A DNA stretch of 63,565 nt, counting the filler, from Octopus bimaculoides (lineage: Eukaryota), in NCBI RefSeq assembly GCF_001194135.2. It is 8 parts of 7 records of this genome, joined end to end, with 100 filler letters (N's around TTAATTAATTAA, not from the genome) between each part and the next. Parts side by side here need not be neighbours in the genome. Positions count along the whole stretch, not along the records: positions 1 to 14,365 come from NC_068996.1; positions 14,466 to 29,055 come from NC_068981.1; 6 more parts are not named here. One strand, written 5' to 3'. The translations under genes were made by a program, and so were the position numbers. The notes under the pieces were generated by a model. That model was not told the origin of the DNA and did not search any database. It saw nothing but the letters and a program-made list of their open reading frames with translations. Below are positions 10,560 to 22,589 of this stretch, in pieces (position 1 is the first letter of the stretch; each line of letters opens with the position of its first letter).

Positions 10560-10858
10560 TGTAAATGGCACTAATGAATTGTAGCCAAGGTCACTACTGG
10601 TGCCATGTAAATGGCACCTGAGCTTCATAATCATGGTTGTTGCCAATGTCCTGTAAATGGCACCAGTGCCAGTGGCACATGTAAGCACCCATTACACTCT
10701 TGGAGTGGTTAGCATTAGGATGGGCTCCAGTCACAGAAACCTTGCTGAATCAGACTGGAACCTGGTGCAGCTCTCTGGCTACTCAGCTCCAGTCAAATCG
10801 TCTGACCCATGCCAGCATGGAGAGTGGACATTAAATGATGATGATGATGATGATGATA
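10560..10858 (+). mobile_element. SINE family D, degenerate
   Basis: Similar to 9575-9852, ends gcatggagagtggacattaaatgatgatg. Confidence 0.7.
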
Positions 10859-10865
10859 TGTATGC

Positions 10866-11018
10866 AGGCACAGGAGTGGCTGTGTGGTAAGAAGCCTGGT
10901 TCCCAACCACATGGTTCCAGGTTCAGTCCCACAGTGTGGCACATTGGTAGCCTTGTGAGTGGATTTGGTAGACGGAAACTGAAAGAAGCCCGTCCTATAT
11001 ATGTATATATATATACAT

Positions 11019-11054
<36 letters not shown>

Positions 11055-11134
11055 GTATATGTATATGTATATGTATATATTTATGTGTGTTTCTTTGTGT
11101 CTGTGTTTGTCCCCCCATCACCACTTGACAACTG
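10866..11134 (+). mobile_element. SINE family A 5' half with central microsatellite
   Basis: tRNA-like head (tggctgtgtggtaag; ggttcagtccc), TA/TG tract, gtgtttgtcccccc; runs into a gap. Confidence 0.85.
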
Positions 11135-11353
11135 NNNNNNNNNNNNNNNNNNNNNNNNNNNNNNNNNNNNNNNNNNNNNNNNNNNNNNNNNNNNNNNNNN
11201 NNNNNNNNNNNNNNNNNNNNNNNNNNNNNNNNNNNNNNNNNNNNNNNNNNNNNNNNNNNNNNNNNNNNNNNNNNNNNNNNNNNNNNNNNNNNNNNNNNNN
11301 NNNNNNNNNNNNNNNNNNNNNNNNNNNNNNNNNNNNNNNNNNNNNNNNNNNNN

Positions 11354-11580
11354 TACTTGTTTCAGTCATTTGACTGCAGCCATGCTGGAGCATTACCTTT
11401 TCAGTTGAAGAAATTGACCCCAGGACTTGCAACCAATCTCCTCCTCCTCCTCCTCTTCCCGATAGAATAAGTACTAGGCTTCCAAAGAATAATTCGTGGG
11501 GTCGATTTGCTCAACTAAAGGCAGTGCTCCAGTGTGGCCACAGTCAAATGACTGAAACAAGTAAAAGAGTAAAAGAGTAT
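11354..11580. mobile_element. Two SINE A tails in inverted orientation
   Basis: tacttgtttcagtcatttgactgc (11354) vs gtcaaatgactgaaacaagta (~11545-11563). Confidence 0.75.
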
Positions 11581-12099
11581 GCGACCCAATGGTAGAACAT
11601 TGGCAGTATTGTTAGAATGTCAGGCAAATTGCTTTGCAGTACTACTTTAGCATTCTACGTTTTGTGTTCAAATCCCACCAAGATTTAACTTCATTCTTCA
11701 TCCTTTTGTGCTTGATTAAATAAAGTACCAGTTGAGTACTGGGATTAAATTAATCAACCAATCCTCCAACCCTCATCAAAGTTGACCTCGTGTCTAATTT
11801 AGGCACAATTATTGATATAACAGAACCATATCCTGTCAGCATCTACATATTGGCTGTCCTTTCTCATGTACAGTAAGTTCACCATTCTTTTTTTGCAATA
11901 AAACAGTTTTTAACTATTAATGTTGAGATACTATGGATAATTTAATAATAGGATAAGTTCTTTGTAAGAATTTATCAAGTAGTTAGCATGAAAAAAAACC
12001 TCATAAGGGAAAACCCATCGTTTGTTCCCTATAAATATATTTATTAATTTATTTATATAAGGGCATTACTATACATAAATGCCTCATACTAAGAGGGAC

Positions 12100-13050
12100 T
12101 CTAGAAGTCAAACCACCATAATAAACACATTTTTACCGAACACGAGGTAATGCAACTCTCAAAAGCTAACCCCTTCGGTAAACTTTCCTCATGGTGAACT
12201 TTCTTCACACTGAATTGATAGCAGTTAACTCTCTTGCCAGTGGACATGCCTGTAATCATCCTTACCACTCCAAACCATTTTCTGATATGGACCGAGTGCA
12301 CTTTATCATGCTACCATGCAAGAAATGTTGGCTAACTGAACTGAAGTGATCCATATTTACCTCATCAGTATTTTTGATTCCTTAGACTGGTTACTTGTAG
12401 AGGCCACGCTTCCTCTATGCAGTCTATATTCTATTATTCAGGAGTTACTGTTCTCTGAGACAGGTTGTCTTCATTGAGACTTGCAGAGTTTACATCTTAC
12501 CCATACCATTTCAGAATTATATTCTGAGTTACTGCTCTCCAAGATGCGTAGTTTGCTGAATCCACATATATCCCATGTAGAACAAATTCTACTTTGTCAG
12601 GAATTTCTCTTGAAGTGATCTCCCTATAAAGAAAGACAAATTTGAATTGCATCTTATCTAAGAAGATTCACTCCCTAATCAATTGGGATAAGATTTTCTG
12701 TTATTTCTATAATTTGTTCCGAAAGTCTGTTACTCCCATATCTACTTCTTTCTGGAGCATCTTGTTTGTCCTTGTAATATTCAATGATAATATTGTTGTA
12801 CCACTCATTAGATATGATACTTCCCTCCATAACTCCTCTATGCAGGCAACTAGGTTCAGCCCTATTTCACCTCATATTTTCAGTGTCTCAGCAACTACAC
12901 CAGATGGACCACCTGCCTTGCTTGGCTTCATATCGTTACTACTCTCCTGGAGAGCTGAACATCCAAATTGAATCCCCTTTACTACAGTTATAGAGCTACA
13001 CCTTTCCATAATGCTGTGAAGAATGCCCATGGTGTTGTGGTAGAAGAGTG
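12100..13050 (-). mobile_element. Decayed RTE-clade reverse transcriptase
   Basis: MKPSKAGGPSGVVAETLK; IRE*IFLDKMQF..; LQEKFLTK (RT domains 1-3 type), multiple stops. Confidence 0.75.
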
Positions 13051-13162
13051 GGGTGAGGTTGGGGCTCAAAGTACAATTTAAATTACGAATTTCTTGGATT
13101 ATCTCAATTCTTAGATTGGTCACATTTCGAAAGGTACCCTGTTATTATGTCGTCATGTAGGG

Positions 13163-13474
13163 CTGTGTTTCTCAAACTATCTGATGTGGCATACCGGCAG
13201 TTTTTGTTTCCAATGTGTCAGTGACCGGTAATATTTCTTAGTAATATTAATTTATATCAGAAAAAAATATAGATAATGAATATAATAAAAGTTGACAAGT
13301 TTTGAGAATTTTATATTCATTTTCTAAACAAATAATACAATATTACATAAGCGTTTTATAAACATTTTATAAGCATTTTATAATGTTTCTTTCTTTTCTG
13401 GAAACTCGCCACGTACCGGCAGCTGATGGTTCGCAGACCAGCACTGGTCCACAGACCAACTTTGAGTGGCATTG
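13163..13474. mobile_element. hAT (Charlie/MER-like) non-autonomous element
   Basis: Termini ctgtgtttctcaaa / tttgagtggcattg and subterminal ggtccacagacc; no 8-bp TSD found. Confidence 0.55.
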
Positions 13475-13591
13475 GGTATTGAACTACCAGCAGATTGGGA
13501 TTCTCCTGAGACTGTTACAGTTTGCTAGGATTAGCTCTTACAGTATGTGACCATTATGAGGTGAATGAGATTGTCTCTAATCTGTTGGCTG

Positions 13592-13905
13592 TGAAGGTGC
13601 GTGGCTTGGTGGTTAGCATATTTGACTCATGATCATAAGGTCATGAGATCAATACCCAGTCATGCATCATATCCTTGAGCAATATACTTTATTTCACATT
13701 GCTCCAGTCAATTCAGCTGGCAAAAATGTTTGGTATCTGTTACTGAAAGGCTCAGCCTTGTCACATTCTGTGTCACACTGAATCTCCATAAGGATAATCA
13801 CGTCTGAGGAGTACTCAGCCACTTGCACATTAATTTCATGAGCATGCTGTTCCGTTGATCAGGTCAGCTGGAACAAGTAACATCGTAACTGATGGAGTGC
13901 CTGTT
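13592..13905 (+). mobile_element. SINE family C, degenerate
   Basis: gaaggtgcgtggcttggtggttag head and ctttatttcacattgctccagt core shared with 6095-6364. Confidence 0.75.
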
Positions 13906-14325
13906 AAGCTCATTAAGGGATAGACAGGGATCCAACAGCATGTGGTAAAAGGGATCGGTTAGCAGCCTGAGTGTTGAAGTTTCATCATTGCTGAGACAGC
14001 TCTGAGTAATGGTGAGTTATGCTAGCTAAAATAGGGTATCGGAGCCATCGTTTGCGTGATCTGTTGGGATTTACAGGGAGTTCAGCAGAGAAAGAGTGCA
14101 TATATAATTCATTATAGTGATGAGAGAGACATTCAATAAAGTAAAAAAAAAATAACACTCATTTGCTTTGCTTAAACTTTGCACATTTGTTTGATGAGAC
14201 CGTCAAGAGATATGAGTAAAAAAAAATACTATGTTCATAAGGATCCAGTGCCAAATACGGTCAACTACCTGCTGCCTTAATGAATCTTCAGAAGTTATTG
14301 AAAGAGGGAGAGAGAGAGAGATGTG

Positions 14326-14365
<40 letters not shown>

Positions 14366-14409
14366 NNNNNNNNNNNNNNNNNNNNNNNNNNNNNNNNNNN
14401 NNNNNNNNN

Positions 14410-14421
14410 TTAATTAATTAA
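14410..14421. other. Assembly linker TTAATTAATTAA inside N gaps
   Basis: Same 12-mer centred in gaps at 14410, 29100, 44053, 51731, 57097, 59944 and 62182. Confidence 0.95.
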
Positions 14422-14499
14422 NNNNNNNNNNNNNNNNNNNNNNNNNNNNNNNNNNNNNNNNNNNNAAAAAGATATTCGCTTCCCTTAGAAAACTAATTA

Positions 14500-14660
14500 C
14501 ACCATTAAATCATATCATGGACTTAGGAGTAATTGTTGACAAGTCACGACTGCAATACTCACATCAACAATAAAGTGAAATGGATAGCAAAACAGGCTTC
14601 TTGATTTTTAACATTTTGTGGTCCAGAGCATAACCCGATCACCTAGCATTTTTCTCTTTA
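14500..14660 (+). mobile_element. CR1/L2-like RT fragment
   Basis: IMDLGVIVDKS...HINNKVK resembles the DLGV motif near the RT C-terminus. Confidence 0.5.
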
Positions 14661-14792
14661 CTCCGCCGGCCTGTCCTTCTCTCTTTCTCTTCCTCTTTCT
14701 CCCTTCCTCTATCTCTCTCTCCCTCTCTTTATCCCTCTCTCTCTCTCTCTCTCTCGATCTTGATATATACATACATACATACATACATACAT

Positions 14793-14823
<31 letters not shown>

Positions 14824-15045
14824 AAATCAGAAAATGGAGAAAACTTCAGATTAACAAACACATAGATTGGACCACTGTTATAGCTATTTTTTTAATGCGA
14901 AAATTGGCATAAAGGATGGGTGGCGTAACTTATCTTATGGCCGTTTCCGATCCGTTGCCAAAATGCTGTCTATAAAGTCCTTTATCTTCATAGAACATTC
15001 CAGTTAAGGCACGAAGCTTCAGCAGAGTAAAAATCAAGAGCATAT

Positions 15046-15193
15046 AATATAAACAAGGGCAAGAAGGAAATCGAAAGAGAACATGGCCTAGAGAAAAGGT
15101 CCAGAAGCCCAATATGCTTTTAACATGTTGGGCTTTTGGACTTTTTTCTAGGCCATGCTTTCTTTCCTTCTCCTTCGTCCCGTTGTTTATATT
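15046..15193. repeat. Foldback hairpin with ~70-bp arms and short loop
   Basis: Core catggcctagagaaaaggtccagaagcccaatatg (15082-15116) pairs with 15124-15157; outer aatataaacaa/ttgtttatatt. Confidence 0.85.
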
Positions 15194-15217
15194 GTACGCC
15201 CTTGTTTATTATGTTGC

Positions 15218-15245
15218 CTAGCAGGCGTACTCGGCGTTGCCCGGG
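15218..15245 (-). mobile_element. Helitron-like 3' terminus
   Basis: Minus strand cccgggcaacgccgag hairpin followed by tacgcctg-CTAG. Confidence 0.6.
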
Positions 15246-16199
15246 GCTGTTCGTTAGGTATGCCTGTTTGGTTATTAGGCTATTCAGGGATGCACCTGTG
15301 AACTGAATGAAAAAAATCATAATGACACAATGTTCCCTACGTTGCTTGATTTATTTATGGAAATAGTGAACATGCAGAGACATAGGCCCACACAATTGTC
15401 ATTGTTTTCCATTGGGACAGTAGGTCGATCTGTCAAAAAGATGGCAGTAGCTGAGATGTATCTGTGTAGTATATCACATAACATTTCAGACATTACTTAC
15501 GAGATAAGCCAATGATTTTGTAATCTAGTGTCATGTTATAGCATGAGCGTCATATTAAAATAGCTAAAAAATAGAGATACAAGTGACTTTCTTGTATGCG
15601 AGTGACAGGTGTATTACGTTTATGTACAAATATGTATTTACGTTGTCGATATCATAGATAGTTCTTAGTTTGTTTTTGCTTGAGTTCATCTCGATAGGGC
15701 TTGTATTTTTCTTAATATGTTTACTTGATTCGTTCTCATTTTATTGTGGGTTTCTCAGAAAAACACTTGTTACCCTTGTTATTGTTTTAATGAAATGTAA
15801 ATTGACCTATTTTCGTTAAAGTATATGTTGATTTAAATTTATTAGACATGTCTTTCATAAAGTTAATGAAGGTTATGCGATTTGGGAAAAAAATAATGTT
15901 TAGTTATTGATACTGTACTTTTAGTGTTTAATTTCAATCTAAAATATATTTTAGTTGTTTTTAGCGAGTTTTCAGAAATGTTGTATCTCTTAATTATCAT
16001 GTTTATTTGGAGTGCTTATTTTTCTTTCTTGGTTACAAATATATCAATAATGAAAACTTCATTTTAGCAGTAGTTTCCATAAATACCTATTTAATAAAAG
16101 TGTACGCGGTATTGTTTGATCTTTTGATGCCTGGGTCGTAGGCAAAGCAGGAGAGAAAATAGAAACATAATATGACCTAAAGCACGAACTTCAGATAAT

Positions 16200-17370
16200 C
16201 TGAAATTGCAGAGAAGTTATTATCCCAATTATTGGAGGCAATTTTAGAAATAGCTTGAAATATTGTGTTTAAGAATGTTGGATTTCGAAATGAATTTCAT
16301 GAGTCCAGCGCGAGTCTGTTTGCTTGGTAGTGTAAAGATAATGAGAAAACAAAGAATTTAGGGTCAAAACCAGAACTTGAACCCGATCATGTAATTACCT
16401 ACTAGGAAGACACTCAGTTCAGATAGTGTGCAAAGATTCAGGGATAATAATATAAAGATTGATCTAGATAGGCTAGAAGAAATGTTGGACCAATGCGTAC
16501 AGCAGGGATCTCTTTCCATTTGGCTAACTAAAGAGAGAACGGTACTGATAATGAAACACAAATAGAAAAAGCAGCTGGTGCAAACTAGCTTCCAATTACA
16601 TATTTTCCAAAGCTCTGGAAAATATTCATATTAATACCCTCTGAACAGAAAAGCCTTCAACCTATAGAACAAAAATATTGTAGAAAGCAATCTAGACGCA
16701 TCACAGTTTATCTTCTGAAAAATAAGGTATGTTTATCAGAAACTACAAAAAGAGAGAGGAGATGTTTAGTAGAGTATTTATCAACAACAAGAAAGCCTCT
16801 GACATGCTCTTCCGTTCATGGATTATCAACTATCTACATCCCTCCATAGTCAATCCAAAGATAAAAAAATGAGATTGAAAGCCGAATGAACTTCTGAAAA
16901 GCTGAGATAACATCTTTCGGAATATACTTAGGGAGAGCTGAATTAAAATGCGGTGTCCCTCAATTTGATAGCATATCGTGTATTTTATTCATATTATCAC
17001 TGATACCCGTATCTACTGTTCAAAATTAAAAAAAAAAAAAAAAACAGGTTATAATGTTGGAAAAGGGAATTTGCTATTTATGAATAAGCTCAAGCTCTCT
17101 ATAAAAACAGATCAAATAATTTGAAACACAAGTGAATCCCTAACATTCTGTAGAATTCTTTGTGAGGATTTTGAAATAGAGTTTTGCCATACGCAAAACA
17201 TTTAGTGAGGAAGACGGGAACAGAACACCACTATGATGGAATTTACATTCCAAATAGAGAAGCAATTGTAAATATATTCCTGGAATAATGATGCAAGTAT
17301 ATTGATATCCTAAAATCCGTTGGTAATATTAGCGACATGTCAGAAAGATTTTAAAATCGAAGTTCAATAT
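16200..17370 (+). mobile_element. Decayed R4/Dong-type RT
   Basis: WLTKERTVLIMK, PITYFPKLWKIF, EQKYCRKQSR, NKKASDMLFRSWI, KCGVPQFDSIS, LLFMNKLKL in colinear order. Confidence 0.75.
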
Positions 17371-19629
17371 TTTGAATACGATCTGTAAAAACCAGTGCGT
17401 TACCAGTCATTCCTTTTCCTACCGCTTCACGTCTTTAAGTACCATTTTTTCAGGTGTTCACGTCTAATTCCATTAGATATGGCATGTAATTATTCAAATG
17501 CAGTAGTTGTGTTCTACTGGTTAACTCACTTTCATTCTCCTGATACTGAAAAATGTTTCCAGCAACCATAAGTCTGATCTGTTTGTTTTTGTAAAGACAC
17601 ATTTAGTCATTCTTTGTTCAGAGATGCATTTTTTTTGTTAATACTTATCTATTCAGCAAGCTATAGTTTACTGAGCATATATATTCAAATATAAACGCCT
17701 TCACAATCTATTGCGAATACGCATAACCTTAGCTCAGTTTCGAAATAACCTTTCGCGGCTATCACGTTGATTTAGTTTGCTCGAACATGAGTAGTAAAAT
17801 GTGCACCTCGTTTATACTGTCACAATGCGGAGCAAACCCTGGGATAAGACTTTCACCTGATGCTCCAGCTTAGTTCATATAGTTATTGCTGAAATGTTAA
17901 GCTTTACATATTAAGCTCATTATATTACGTCTGCATTGACACTGAAACAACATTTTTAAGTAAGTTGATGACAGGTCTGAATTAAGGTAGTTTATGTTGT
18001 GCTTATGCCTTAGGAGTTCTTTATCTCCCAGTAAGATATGCATTCTCGCTTCTCATCTAATAGTAAGAGTAGTAATAGTATTTTATCACTCTGCATTGGA
18101 AATTATCCTGGCTTGCCATATACAGATATATGTACAGTCATGTGTGGATTTAATTCAGTTGGACTGTGGTACTTAGTATATTCGCCTTATGATACATTTT
18201 ATTTTTGTTCATCGTAATATCTTACGTGTTTAAGGAGAATGAGATTACTTTGTTTTCTTTTTTTTCTTTGTATCTTGCATTATCTCCCACTCTCAGATAA
18301 TAAGCTTATTTGAATTAGTTGGAGGCGTAGGTGTATCCAAACAAAAGAAAGTCAGTCACGTCTTGTGATTGGTCTTAAGTTTACAGAAACCAGTTTGTTC
18401 TCTTCACCCTTGGTTAGGAAGAAATTACGATCAAATTAAAAACAACTGGAATTTATATTTCTCTGCGTTGTTCAGAAGTATTTTACGTGGAAAAGTATAT
18501 GATAAAATAGGTAGTATGAATACAAAAATATACAAATCATGACATATAGTTGTCATACACGCATTATGATAAAAGATTATTTACACTCAGCCCAATAGAA
18601 GAATCACCCAGGTACAATACCACCACGAAATCCAAGGGCAAAGCCTCTGTAAAATGTACTGTTTTACCTACAAGGATATGTACAGAGGGCACCATTCATT
18701 ATTGTTATTTTGCGTTCAGCCCATCATCATCTTTTTTTTTCACGCGCGAACATGAAGTAGTTCAGAGTAGGTTCATTAAAGTATCCGAGTCACAATCTTT
18801 TCAGTCAAGTACATTTATAGCAGACGACATTTCAGCGCCTGTAGAATTTGACATAGGCGCCTAGCGACCCATCGACGGAAATGGTAGATTAAATAATCTA
18901 GAAGTCTAAAAGATATCCCAAGTTATTTCCAAACCGATATATATGTATATATATATATATAAAATATACAAGAATAAGGGCAGGGAATCGTCAATTAATA
19001 ATAGAATTAATAATTAACAATTTTGCCAAGTAGTTCAGTATGAAAAAAAATTGTAGTTTAGAATCAGTAGTTCTTTGACTGCTATTTCTAAATTTTCAGT
19101 ATGTTGGAGAAGCAACTCAATGCTAATCCCAGTATATTTATGATTATATATATATATATATATNNNNNNNNNNNNNNNNNNNNNNNNNNNNNNNNNNNNN
19201 NNNNNNNNNNNNNNNNNNNNNNNNNNNNNNNNNNNNNNNNNNNNNNNNNNNNNNNNNNNNNNNNNNNNNNNNNNNNNNNNNNNNNNNNNNNNNNNNNNNN
19301 NNNNNNNNNNNNNNNNNNNNNNNNNNNNNNNNNNNNNNNNNNNNNNNNNNNNNNNNNNNNNNNNNNNNNNNNNNNNNNNNNNNNNNNNNNNNNNNNNNNN
19401 NNNNNNNNNNNNNNNNNNNNNNNNNNNNNNNNNNNNNNNNNNNNNNNNNNNNNNNNNNNNNNNNNNNNNNNNNNNNNNNNNNNNNNNNNNNNNNNNNNNN
19501 NNNNNNNNNNNNNNNNNNNNNNNNNNNNNNNNNNNNNNNNNNNNNNNNNNNNNNNNNNNNNNNNNNNNNNNNNNNNNNNNNNNNNNNNNNNNNNNNNNNN
19601 NNNNNNNNNNNNNNNNNNNNNNNNNNNNN

Positions 19630-20120
19630 AATAACATCTTGGAAGGCCTGTTTTACAGAATCTTCGGAATTAAATTATTTTCCTATCAAGAAGTTAAACA
19701 AATTCTCGAGTAAGTGGTACTCTTTGGTGGTGGTGGTGATGGGGATATCTGGTGCGTACGTTGAATGGTGGAGAACTTCCAACTCTAACTCAAGTAGTTT
19801 CACCAATGTCATTTTTGCGACGTGTGGTCTAGAGTTGACTTCCAATAAAATAGAAGTGGATCTGTTCTCTCATCTAGGCTGGGGGGGGGGTTGTGGGTTT
19901 CTGCGTCATTTGGTCCAGTTGGCTGCAGTATACTTCGGCCGTGGTTGCTGAAATCGTAATGAAATCGTAAGGGATCACACCTGTGCCAGACCACAAAACA
20001 CACAGCGTCAGCTTCTTTTGAGGATGTTTGGTTCCCGGACTGTGTTTTAGTGTCTCGTCTTTGTCCAACCATTGTGCAGATATTTTACGGTTGTTGCATT
20101 TGTTCTATTTCTCCTCAAAT
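19630..20120 (-). pseudogene. Mariner transposase catalytic region remnant
   Basis: WLDKDETLK...KKLTLCVLWSGTGVI...TAEVYCSQLDQM...FNSEDSVKQAF; stops and frameshifts. Confidence 0.85.
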
Positions 20121-20379
20121 GTTTTTTTTTCTCAACAGCCTAATTGAAATTCAAAATGTGTCATTTTTAGTAATACTAACATAGCGTGTGTGAGCAATTT
20201 TGGTTGGACTACAACTCCTCTCACATGGTTTCTGAAATGCAGTTCAATTGTACCCTGACAAAGCGGCATCAGTAACATATGTAGGCTTGACATGGTTAGA
20301 AGTGATTAACTATATAATAAAACCTTATATGTAAATCCTTGCTCTCCTAATTCTTAAAGCTCAAGATTGACATCTAACT

Positions 20380-20550
20380 CCAACAGTTTTTTGTTCTCTC
20401 TCTGTTTATTTTCTTCCTTTCTGTTGAAGAGCGTAGGCTGAAAACGTAAAATACTTCCTCACTTTCCCGAGCGTCAAAGTAATAAACCTGCTTGTTGTTT
20501 ATACACATGCCTCGTCTTTCATTTTTCTGTAAAATTCAACCATATATATA
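20380..20550 (+). mobile_element. Penelope-type terminal repeat-like fragment
   Basis: tgaagagcgtaggctgaaaacgt core resembles the CTGANGA...GAAACGT motif of Penelope termini; degenerate. Confidence 0.4.
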
Positions 20551-21689
20551 CACACACACATGCTAACATGTGTTTGTATATGTGTATGCATGTGTACATG
20601 TGGACACGCGCGTTTGCATTCCTGTGTGTGTGTGTGACTTTATTTCTTAGTCAACGAGAGATAATTCTTTAAATTTCACCCTTTACTTAAGGAAGGCTAT
20701 TTTCGAATGAAACTAAAATTTCAATTAAGTTTCAAGTGTGAATCATTTAGGATTTCTCTTTCTGTTTTTTTTTTTTATTTTTCGTTTTTTGTTTCTTAAT
20801 CATTTAGCTCACAGCGTTTACAGAATGGAAACATTCACACATTTTGGATTCAACCTATGTTTAAATGCCTCCAGAATGTAATCTGAAGAACTATGTATCT
20901 CGATCTGCTTGTGTTAACGTAATGAAATTCTGAACTGGCCATATATACTCTATTACAATTCAGACATTCTATGCAGTATATTAGATTTATGTTTTACAGC
21001 TCATATTTGCATTTGTAAATATTTGTCATCTGGCCATTAATTTGATAATAATATTCAGCATATATACAATGACATATACTGAAACGTTACACATGGCATT
21101 TAGAGTTTGCAAATTTATTATTGCTTTTGTTTAACACAAAGTTTGGTTTAGTCAAAAACTGTTTAAATTTTTTTTGCTTTTCGTTTGTAGCAATAAGTTT
21201 TCGACTGGTAATAAAATCTTTTATTTATAACATTCAGTGATAAAAAGCAAATTTGACTTGACGTTAAAAATCAAGTTTATGTGGTTTATGAGTTACTATA
21301 AAACACAGACACACACAGACAGACACAGACACACACACAGACACACGCACGCACACATACACACACACACACACACACACGTACACACACACATATTGAT
21401 CTTGCGTTCCTCTTTGATGGGCTCTCGATTTTTTTTCCTATAGCATACAAAAAATTCAAGCGACGAATAAAAGGTTGCCTCCTTGGCAAGGGTAACTCTT
21501 ATCGAAAATATGGCCACATGCGATATTGCTCAGCACCAAGAGGTATTACAAGAAATGTAAATTTTGTCATGAAGTTAGGTGTGTTTTTCTGACACACATG
21601 CGGTCTGTACTCATCGATACTATGGGTCATGGCTTAAACTTGCCACAGATGGCATGAAATCGCTATGGAATAATCGATAGTATAGATAT

Positions 21690-22260
21690 CTAACCTGTTA
21701 GAAGACGATAGGCTATTGGAAGGAGAAATGAGAGAAGAAGTCACTACAGAGTACAAGAGGAAAATTAGAAAGATGCTCGAAAGATCATTGGAGCTATAAA
21801 TACATGGGCTATGCCAGTGTTAAGATATTCTGTTGCGTTTCTGTAATTGACAATGGTGGATCTACAGAGCTTCGACATAGGCACTATAAAACTGCTCCTA
21901 ATGCACAACAGACATTCAACCGACTCTTCCTTCCGAGAAAATAGGTTGGCAGAGGATTTCTAAACGCAGCAGACACGCTTAATATTGCTACATTGGCCCA
22001 GAAAATTATGTTACGCTGAGTAAAAGCAATATACTAACGGCAGCCAGAGATACCCAGTAGATGGCCATAGTAGCAAAATAATTCAAAGGGAAAATAATGA
22101 ACAACAGAGTAAACAGATGGAGGGAAATGGAACTAAATTGCCAATTCATGCAGCAAAACTCAGATTGACAGCAAATGTAGAATCTGAAAAAAAAGAAACA
22201 AAAGTATCAATCGCCTTTTGAGAGTGTACAGTATACTAGGCAAAAAAGAATATAAACGCA
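21690..22260 (+). mobile_element. Decayed R4/Dong-type RT thumb region
   Basis: EVTTEYKRKIRKML...IGAINTWAMPVLRYS...LQSFDIGTIKLL. Confidence 0.65.
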
Positions 22261-22589
22261 GATATGACTGTGTAGGCTAAAGAGCGTTTGGTACGTTAGC
22301 CGAGAGCATGCCTAGTGATAAAAAATGGGAATGAGGAGATCTTATGGGATTTTCCCAATAAAGAATGATTATATTATTGAAGCAAGAAGGATAGATAAGA
22401 ACATAGCGGAAAAAATAAAGAGTCCGTATGTATGTATGTATGTATGTATGTATGCGTGTATGTATGTATGCGTGTATGTGTGTATGTATGCATGCATGTA
22501 TGTATGTATGTATGTATCCATGCATGTATGTATGAACATAGTTATTAATGTATGCATGTATGTTTGTACGTATTACGTATGTATGATTT

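Noticed and set aside
18550-18864. 104-aa ORF in unique-looking DNA
   Set aside because: No recognisable motif or convincing splice sites.
22270-22430. Helentron/DINE-like 5' segment sharing cttatgggatt(t)tcccaat with positions 2-19
   Set aside because: The shared stretch is short and no subterminal inverted repeat or 3' stem could be defined.
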